A program made the position numbers and the translations under genes. A stretch of DNA of 24,000 bases from Gammaproteobacteria bacterium (GTDB taxonomy: Bacteria > Pseudomonadota > Gammaproteobacteria > DSM-19610), in the NCBI GenBank assembly GCA_036478835.1, contig JAZGER010000055.1, forward strand, positions 6,930-30,929. Reading direction: 5' to 3'. The notes below the pieces were generated by a model, which saw only the letters and a list, made by a program, of their open reading frames with translations, was not told the DNA's origin and did not search any database. Shown here piece after piece: positions 18,595-24,000 of the stretch (position 1 is the stretch's first letter; each line of letters begins with the position of its first letter).

Positions 18595-19041
18595 TCACTC
18601 AGAGACAATCTGTAATGTAATATCAGTTGTAACGTCAGTGTGCAGATGGATTCCAACGGGGAACTCGCCGAGTTGGCGAAAAGCACCTTCTGGCAGTCTA
18701 ACTTCATTGCGATCAATATCAACACCTGCTGCAGTGACTGCTTCGGCGATATCGATTGTACCAACAGAACCAAATAATTTACCCTCTTCACCTGATTTCG
18801 CCGTAATAGTAACCACCATATCTTGCAGCTTTTCAGATCGGGTAACCGCAGTAGCCAACGTTTCTGCAGCTGCCTGCTCGAGTTCAGCGCGACGCTCTTC
18901 GAAAGCCTTAATCTGCTCTTCTGTGGCAGGAGTAGCCTTACCCGCAGGTATCAAAAAATTCCTACCATAACCTGGTTTAACATTAACCCTGTCACCAAGG
19001 TTTCCCAGGTTGGCTACTTTTTCCAGCAAAATAATTTCCAT
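18595..19041 (-). CDS. rplI: 50S ribosomal protein L9
   Basis: [36 protein letters not shown] is the canonical L9 N-terminus. Last gene of the rpsF operon. Confidence 0.97.
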   Translation of the reverse strand: MEIILLEKVANLGNLGDRVNVKPGYGRNFLIPAGKATPATEEQIKAFEERRAELEQAAAETLATAVTRSEKLQDMVVTITAKSGEEGKLFGSVGTIDIAEAVTAAGVDIDRNEVRLPEGAFRQLGEFPVGIHLHTDVTTDITLQIVSE

Positions 19042-19067
19042 CGTACTACCCTTTCAATTTAAGTGAC

Positions 19068-19094
19068 TAAGACACCGCCAATAAAGGTGTCTTA
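19068..19094 (-). other. Intercistronic stem-loop between rpsR and rplI
   Basis: Perfect 9-bp inverted repeat TAAGACACC (19068-19076) / GGTGTCTTA (19086-19094) with a 9-nt loop. No U-tract on either strand, so it is not a classical terminator. Confidence 0.4.
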
Positions 19095-19110
19095 AAATGA
19101 TTCTGCAATA

Positions 19111-19341
19111 CTAACCTTTATGAGAATCACAATACGGAATCAATGCGAGAAAACGAGCTCGCTTAATTGCAGTTGATAGCTGGCGCTGATATTTTGCTTT
19201 AGTGCCAGTAATACGACTAGGAACAATTTTTCCTGTCTCAGAGATATAGTTTTTTAAAGTGGCTATATCCTTGTAATCAATTTCTTTAACACCATCTGCG
19301 GTAAACCGACAGAATTTACGACGACGAAAAAAACGCGACAT
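19111..19341 (-). CDS. rpsR: 30S ribosomal protein S18
   Basis: [47 protein letters not shown]. Confidence 0.97.
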   Translation of the reverse strand: MSRFFRRRKFCRFTADGVKEIDYKDIATLKNYISETGKIVPSRITGTKAKYQRQLSTAIKRARFLALIPYCDSHKG

Positions 19342-19371
19342 AATAATAACCTCTAATTTTTAAACCGAAAC

Positions 19372-19686
19372 TCATTCGGTCAATATTTCAATTTCATCTG
19401 CATGTAGTTCGATGCTGAGATCAGCCGACCGATACCCTGCACGACTGACAAACCCTTTAACCTTGACCTGCGTTCCAACCGCTAATTTCTGAACTCTTGA
19501 TGCTATCGGATCACCGGCAGCAACGACGCGTACTGTGCAATTAACCTTTCGCGTATGTCCTGCTTCAGCCTGATCGGATGCATGTTTAATATATATACGA
19601 CCAACCTTGATTCCTGCAGGGGTAGTTTTCACTTTAGCTAATTCAGCAACTACACCGCACAAAACAAACTGATTACACTGTTCCAC
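19372..19686 (-). CDS. priB: Primosomal replication protein N (PriB)
   Basis: 104 aa OB-fold protein between rpsF and rpsR. NQFVLCGVV...TPAGIKV...HASDQAEAGHTRKVNC...LHADEIE is collinear with E. coli PriB. Confidence 0.9.
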   Translation of the reverse strand: MEQCNQFVLCGVVAELAKVKTTPAGIKVGRIYIKHASDQAEAGHTRKVNCTVRVVAAGDPIASRVQKLAVGTQVKVKGFVSRAGYRSADLSIELHADEIEILTE

Positions 19687-19697
19687 GTTAACTGTAA

Positions 19698-20153
19698 TTA
19701 CTCAGCGCTGGCTGCATCACCTTCATCTACTGGCGCTGCCGGCGGCGTTTCTACAGGCGGTTCGCTCGGCTTTTCAGCTGGCGAACTCTCTTCAGAGGAA
19801 TCTCGACGCGGTGATGGCGAGCTATCACGGTCATCCGGTTTTTTCGCCAAAATAGACTGCTCAGTAACGGCCTCCTTTTTCGAAACAACCAGATTACGCA
19901 GAATGGCATCATTAAAACGAAAACCACTGTCCAGTTCATCAAGCGCTTCCTGTGTGCATTCAACATTCATCAGGACGTAATGCGCTTTGGCTAATTTCTG
20001 AATCGGGTAAGCCAGTTGACGGCGTCCCCAATCTTCCAGGCGGTGAATAGCGCCACCCGTCGACTCAATCGTCGTGCGGTAACGTTCGATCATAGCAGGA
20101 ACCTGCTCGCTCTGATCCGGGTGGACCAGAAATATAATTTCATAATGGCGCAT
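19698..20153 (-). CDS. rpsF: 30S ribosomal protein S6, with an extended Pro/Ser/Glu-rich C-terminal tail
   Basis: [25 protein letters not shown]...[24 protein letters not shown]. The C-terminal ~45 aa are low-complexity ([42 protein letters not shown]). Confidence 0.95.
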   Translation of the reverse strand: MRHYEIIFLVHPDQSEQVPAMIERYRTTIESTGGAIHRLEDWGRRQLAYPIQKLAKAHYVLMNVECTQEALDELDSGFRFNDAILRNLVVSKKEAVTEQSILAKKPDDRDSSPSPRRDSSEESSPAEKPSEPPVETPPAAPVDEGDAASAE

Positions 20154-20230
20154 TATCGCTCCCTATGGTTTTAACAGTTTGCAGATAGAGCCTGCAAACA
20201 AGGAGACCCGGTGATGCCGGGAAATGCGCG
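20154..20230 (-). promoter_or_regulatory. Structured rpsF 5' leader (possible S6:S18 autoregulatory element)
   Basis: The minus strand has two hairpins upstream of the GGGAG Shine-Dalgarno: CCCGG-CATCA-CCGGG, and GTTTGCAG-GCTCTAT-CTGCAAAC (8 bp; plus-strand coordinates 20177-20199). CCG-containing stems are reminiscent of the published rpsF-leader motif. No covariance model was run. Confidence 0.3.
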
Positions 20231-20259
20231 ATTGTACGGACTTTCATTTGCTGATGCAA
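20231..20259 (-). promoter_or_regulatory. Possible sigma-70 promoter of the rpsF operon
   Basis: Minus strand reads TTGCAT (20259..20254), a 17-nt spacer, then TACAAT (20236..20231). It lies directly downstream of the upstream gene's terminator. Motif match only. Confidence 0.4.
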
Positions 20260-20289
20260 TAAAAAACCCCGCAACATGGCGGGGCTTTT
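20259..20289 (-). terminator. Rho-independent terminator of the large repeat-protein gene
   Basis: Minus strand reads AAAAG-CCCCGC-CATGTT-GCGGGG-TTTTTTATT. It begins ~20 nt after the stop at 20308-20310. Confidence 0.8.
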
Positions 20290-20307
20290 GCAAGAGCTTA
20301 TCGCTCT

Positions 20308-23300
20308 CTAGTCATCTGCAGCATTCAACGGGTCCGTCCCATTAGCCACCTCAGTACCATCATTGGTACCCCCGCCATCCGTATCCGGATTTAATGGATC
20401 AGTACCAATACCTTGCTGGCTGGCTTCCTGACCATCGGTCAAACCATCACCATCGGTATCAGGGTTCAGTGGATCGGTCCCCTTATAGGCAATTTCCACA
20501 AAGTCATTCATCCCGTCCATATCTGTATTAGCTAACAAGGGGTTCGTCCCATAGGTATTCACTTCTTCCCCATCGGTTAATCCCTCGCCATCGGTATCGG
20601 CCACATTCGGGTTTGTACCCAGATTCAGCTCCTGAGCATCCGTCAGACCATCGCCATCACTATCTAAAGAATCGTCATTAGCATTCAATGGGTTGGTACC
20701 TAGCTGCACTTCATCACCATCATTAACGCCGCCACCATCGGTATCGGCGATGAATGGATCAGTACCATAAGTACCAGTTTCTTCAGCATCACTCAAACCA
20801 TCGCCGTCACTGTCCTGAACCGCAGCACAGGCACCCAGCGACGTTAGATTCAATGCCTGGGATGACAGCTGCTGACGACCCGATCCCAGATAAAGCGGAA
20901 CAGTCGGCGAATTCAGTGTAAAGCAGGCATCAGACGAAGACGGTGTAAAGTCAAAACCATCCTGCCCGTTATTCCAGACATTCAACTTGTACACAAGGTT
21001 GTCGATGTTTGCGTTGTTATTCAACACATCGTCTGACTCGAAGCTAAACGGCGTGTACCCGTTATACCCACCGGTAGATTCAACCAGACCCTGATAACTC
21101 AGACCGGTACTGGTGCCACCGCCTGTGACGCGGACACTCCACTCACCCGTCCCACAGTCTTTCCAGATGAAGACACCGGTATCGGTCGCTGAATCATAGG
21201 CCGGCTGACCACACTCAGTCGCTGGCGGTGAGACAGAACAACTACCCAGGGTGTTCAGGTTTAAAGGTGACGTCACTTGCTGTCTGCCAGCACCGAGATA
21301 CAAGGGGACGTTCGGGCCCGCCGGTGCAAAACAGGCGTCATTCGCAACCGGATCAAAGTCAAAACCATCTTCACCGTTATTCCAGACACCCATCACATAT
21401 TCAAGACGCTCATTACTGGCAAGATTATTCAAAACATCATCCGCTTCAAAACTGTAAGGCGTGAAGCTTGCAAAGCCCCCTGTAGACCCGACAGCACCTT
21501 GATAGGTTAGACCGGTTGATGTGCCACCGCCCGTCACACGGACTCGCCAGAGTCCACTGCCGTCACAGAGATCCCACAGGAAAACACCAGCCTCAGTCGC
21601 ACGATCATAAGCAGGCTCAAAACAGGCTGTTGAGATAGCGGACTCAACCGCATCATCGATACCATTACCATTGGCATCTGTTCCACCCTGTGCATCATTC
21701 CCATTAATCATGCCGTCATTATTAGTATCCAGTGACGCATAACTACCCGTAGCCATATCGTAGGCAGTTCCGTTGTTTGAAGCGTTCTGACTTTCAAGAT
21801 CAAGAAAGTCTGGTATGCCATCACCATCCGTATCACGAGGGGAAGTAATCGTACCCTGCTGATTCACCAGATCATCAACGATGCCATTACCATCGGCATC
21901 AAATAAACCAACCTCTACAACGTCGGGTATCGAATCATTATCACTGTCCAGGTCAAAACCATTCAAAATACTGTCACCGTCAGCATCCAACAGATTCCGA
22001 CTGCCTGTTACAACCACATCGTCAACCCCCGCTTCAACGAGTGAACCGGAGCCATTATCCGCAGCTTCAACCAACAGGCGAACCGATTGGCCAGCGTATT
22101 GACTGATATCGGCATTAAATGCTGTCCATGAAGCTGAACGGTTTGTGTTGTTACCCACCTGAGTCAGCAACCCGACTGTATTTCCGCCAACCACTAAGCT
22201 GGCCCGGAAAAAATCATCACTGCCAGCATTATTGAGATGGCCAAAATAATAATTAAATTTCAGACTGACAGGACCACTTGCCGGTACTGTGAATGCAGGT
22301 GATCGCGCGGATGTAACACCACTATCAATATCATACGTGCCGACAGAGCTACCCGCTGCAGCCTGAGTCACTAACGCACGGGACCCACTGGTCGTATTAT
22401 TTAATTGCAGCGTCGTTCCGCCATTCGAGGTTGCCTGAGGGTTAGCAACTTCCCATCGACCGGTTGACGCCGAATCAGACCCATTGGGATTTGTCACCCA
22501 ACCGAGATTCGTTTCAAAATTATCGTTAAAAACTGTGATCGATCCACTGGATGCTTTTTCGGCTGTATTTGTTATCCCATCGTTATCGGTATCAACATCA
22601 CTGTTATCACCGACACCATCACCATCCGCATCATTGGTTTCATTCGGGTTATTTGGAAAGGCATCACTATTGTCGCCAACGCCATCACCATCCGAATCAA
22701 CACTCTCGTTCGGGTTAAACGGGAACGCATCATTTACATCGAGCACCCCATCGTTGTCATCATCAGGATCGACGCTATCCAGAATTCCATCACCATCTGA
22801 ATCGACATCCGGTGACACTTCAAGAAATACAGTAGCCGAACCATTTTCTGTTAGTTTATAAATCGTGCCGGCATTCAAACTTGCATACGTATCTACAACA
22901 CCACTTGGCCAGCGCACCTCAATAGAAGCATTTGGATTCGAACCCAGACCCACATGGACGCGCATGTGATTCTGTGACCAGCGGTGATAACCGCCATTTT
23001 GCTCACGGTACTGCACTTTCCCATCAGGCGTCGTGATGTGAATAATAGACCCTGTTCCATCTCGGTTTGAGGTAGTGCCTACAAGATCAAACTCTATCCA
23101 GCGATTCGCGTTACCCATATTACGGAATAGCTGTTTAGGCCCACCCTTGTTAATGGGCCGCATATTGAGTCCATTAGCAACAAAAATATCTAGCTGACCA
23201 TCCAGGTCATAATCGGCTGTTATTGCAATATCAGCATTGCCAGCACCATCAGCAATGGCTCCGCCAATCACACCTTCTGCTCCATGCGAACCCACTTTGA

Positions 23301-24000
23301 CGAAAGATCCGTTGCCCTGATTCTCATAAAGGATATTTGTCAGATTTGCTGCGCCATTACGACAGGCAAAATACACATCCAGATCCATATCGTTATCGAA
23401 GTCACCACTGGCAACACTGGCACATTCAATTTTTTCAAAACCACTGGCCGCAGTCACATCCTGGAAACCACTCGTTGACCCCGTGAGTAAAACTGGGAAT
23501 GAAGGCTTATCTCCAAAATAACTGGATGGTTGATCGATACTCGTGATAGCAGCACTGGACTCAATAACAAAATGCGCATAGTTCCATCGATCGCCGGCAG
23601 GGAAGATAACCTTCCACGCGCCCTCAGTCGTATTATATCCAATATAAAGCCCTTCAGAAGAGCCCGAATAGTTACGCAACCCATGATTGTTTGTATTGTT
23701 CACATCTAGCGTAAAACTGGTACCGGATGGATTAGCACCGCCCGAACCTACAAAAATGTCATTGCTGCTGTAACGATTCCATGTCTTGTCATCCACCTGC
23801 GGAAATGTCAGCGAACCGGATGTCTCAATCGTTAGCTCAATGATATTCATACCCGTCGTGTTGAGCTGCGTTTCAACTGTCGTTGAGTTAACCAGATACG
23901 CATTGCTCGGACGATCCTTGGTGATCACCTGAATCATATCGTTAAACAGGTCACCATTAAAATCGCCGACGGCAACATCAAAAACACCTTTTTTGATTGG
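20308..24000 (-). CDS. Very large multi-domain calcium-binding protein, probably extracellular (5' end outside the window). Contains FG-GAP/VCBS repeats plus UnbV/ASPIC (CRTAC1-like), thrombospondin type-3 repeats, a jelly-roll (MAM/LamG-like) domain and two unnamed Cys-bracketed modules
   Basis: The frame stays open upstream of the ORF-track Met at 23937 to the window edge, reading PIKKGVFDVAVGDFNGDLFND, itself an FG-GAP-like motif. FG-GAP: ASGDFDNDMDLDVYF and ITADYDLDGQLDIFVANG. UnbV/ASPIC: NRDGTGSIIHITTPDGKVQYREQNGGYHRWSQNHMRVHVGLG...IEVRWPSGVV. TSP3-like DxDxDGxxDxxD runs lie at about aa 375-455, 648-715 and 1040-1209 (for example DSDGDGVGDNSDAFPNNPNE and DTDGDGLTDGQE). A jelly-roll-like block lies at about aa 467-645 and ends LVEAGVDDVVVTG. 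Confidence 0.85.
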   Translation of the reverse strand, partial: PIKKGVFDVAVGDFNGDLFNDMIQVITKDRPSNAYLVNSTTVETQLNTTGMNIIELTIETSGSLTFPQVDDKTWNRYSSNDIFVGSGGANPSGTSFTLDVNNTNNHGLRNYSGSSEGLYIGYNTTEGAWKVIFPAGDRWNYAHFVIESSAAITSIDQPSSYFGDKPSFPVLLTGSTSGFQDVTAASGFEKIECASVASGDFDNDMDLDVYFACRNGAANLTNILYENQGNGSFVKVGSHGAEGVIGGAIADGAGNADIAITADYDLDGQLDIFVANGLNMRPINKGGPKQLFRNMGNANRWIEFDLVGTTSNRDGTGSIIHITTPDGKVQYREQNGGYHRWSQNHMRVHVGLGSNPNASIEVRWPSGVVDTYASLNAGTIYKLTENGSATVFLEVSPDVDSDGDGILDSVDPDDDNDGVLDVNDAFPFNPNESVDSDGDGVGDNSDAFPNNPNETNDADGDGVGDNSDVDTDNDGITNTAEKASSGSITVFNDNFETNLGWVTNPNGSDSASTGRWEVANPQATSNGGTTLQLNNTTSGSRALVTQAAAGSSVGTYDIDSGVTSARSPAFTVPASGPVSLKFNYYFGHLNNAGSDDFFRASLVVGGNTVGLLTQVGNNTNRSASWTAFNADISQYAGQSVRLLVEAADNGSGSLVEAGVDDVVVTGSRNLLDADGDSILNGFDLDSDNDSIPDVVEVGLFDADGNGIVDDLVNQQGTITSPRDTDGDGIPDFLDLESQNASNNGTAYDMATGSYASLDTNNDGMINGNDAQGGTDANGNGIDDAVESAISTACFEPAYDRATEAGVFLWDLCDGSGLWRVRVTGGGTSTGLTYQGAVGSTGGFASFTPYSFEADDVLNNLASNERLEYVMGVWNNGEDGFDFDPVANDACFAPAGPNVPLYLGAGRQQVTSPLNLNTLGSCSVSPPATECGQPAYDSATDTGVFIWKDCGTGEWSVRVTGGGTSTGLSYQGLVESTGGYNGYTPFSFESDDVLNNNANIDNLVYKLNVWNNGQDGFDFTPSSSDACFTLNSPTVPLYLGSGRQQLSSQALNLTSLGACAAVQDSDGDGLSDAEETGTYGTDPFIADTDGGGVNDGDEVQLGTNPLNANDDSLDSDGDGLTDAQELNLGTNPNVADTDGEGLTDGEEVNTYGTNPLLANTDMDGMNDFVEIAYKGTDPLNPDTDGDGLTDGQEASQQGIGTDPLNPDTDGGGTNDGTEVANGTDPLNAADD
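20827..21624 (-). repeat. Tandem duplication inside the large gene: two ~129-aa Cys-bracketed modules (coding repeat)
   Basis: Copy 1 spans 21238..21624 (CFEPAYDRATEAGVFLWDLCDGSGLWRVRVTGGGTSTGLTYQG...DACFAPAGPNVPLYLGAGRQQ...LGSC). Copy 2 spans 20827..21213 (CGQPAYDSATDTGVFIWKDCGTGEWSVRVTGGGTSTGLSYQG...DACFTLNSPTVPLYLGSGRQQ...LGAC). Four Cys are conserved in register. By eye more than half the residues are identical, and the DNA is clearly diverged. Confidence 0.75.

Noticed and set aside
20311-20820. Periodic GAT/GGT-rich DNA (also at 21793-21996 and 22573-22815) that might be taken for a tandem repeat, VNTR or CRISPR-like array
   Set aside because: The periodicity is that of in-frame thrombospondin-type-3 DxDxDG calcium-binding repeats. 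The units are imperfect and there are no spacer-like unique segments.
11757-23684. Assorted overlapping 60-140-aa ORFs antisense to or out of frame with ypjD, alr, dnaB, rplI and the giant gene (for example 11757..12080, 15976..16344, 17449..17868, 18638..18970 and 22484..22861)
   Set aside because: All lie wholly within strongly supported genes. Their compositions (Ser/Pro/Arg-rich) are typical of off-frame reads, and none has a motif or start context.
23935-23937. The ATG at 23937 as the true start of the large protein
   Set aside because: The frame remains open to position 24000, and the upstream residues (VAVGDFNGD) form another FG-GAP-like repeat. The gene is truncated by the window.
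1561-24000. The idea that the LapG-like protease (1561-2202) and the giant repeat protein (20308-24000) form a Lap-type adhesin-release system
   Set aside because: They are ~18 kb apart with core operons between them. No LapD, T1SS genes or RTX repeats are visible, and the adhesin N-terminus where a LapG site would lie is outside the window. The link is unsupported here.
1-24000. Search for mobile elements, a genomic island, CRISPR, tRNA or rRNA, and a defence or toxin-antitoxin module
   Set aside because: I saw no transposase, integrase, recombinase or reverse-transcriptase-like ORF, no long terminal repeats, no repeat-spacer array, and no tRNA-like sequence. The gene content is overwhelmingly conserved housekeeping.

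Overview
This window looks like core chromosome of a gammaproteobacterium. priB is present and the gene order is E. coli-like: rpsP-rimM-trmD-rplS, ffh next to ypjD and corB, dnaB-alr, and rpsF-priB-rpsR-rplI. I call 24 protein genes, 20 of them on the minus strand, and most are recognisable housekeeping genes. I found no rRNA, tRNA, CRISPR array, transposase, integrase, or recognisable defence or toxin module, so I cannot honestly point to a multi-gene novel system here. Three places are not ordinary core. (1) The 558-bp rpsP-ffh spacer holds a perfect sigma-54 core promoter (TGGCAC-N5-TTGC) on the plus strand. About 165 nt downstream is a strong hairpin followed by T8. The bracketed segment has no credible ORF and carries repeated AACAAUAA / (AAN)n motifs, so I treat it as a candidate sigma-54-dependent small RNA. 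(2) At the right edge is a gene of more than 1,230 codons, still open at the window edge. It encodes an FG-GAP plus UnbV/ASPIC (CRTAC1-like) protein with thrombospondin-type-3 calcium-binding repeats, a jelly-roll-like domain, and two tandem copies of a roughly 130-aa Cys-bracketed module I cannot name. (3) At the left edge, a gene for a TPR plus beta-barrel outer-membrane protein (Slam/DUF560-like architecture) is transcribed divergently from a LapG-type transglutaminase-like cysteine protease (BTLCP), with no LapD partner in view. I also found a textbook sigma-32 promoter upstream of htpG. It may drive a five-gene stress cluster: htpG, a FrnE-like DsbA gene, an M48-TPR lipoprotein gene, hslR and a Nudix gene. 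Every functional call rests on reading the translated ORFs and motifs by eye. No database search was run.
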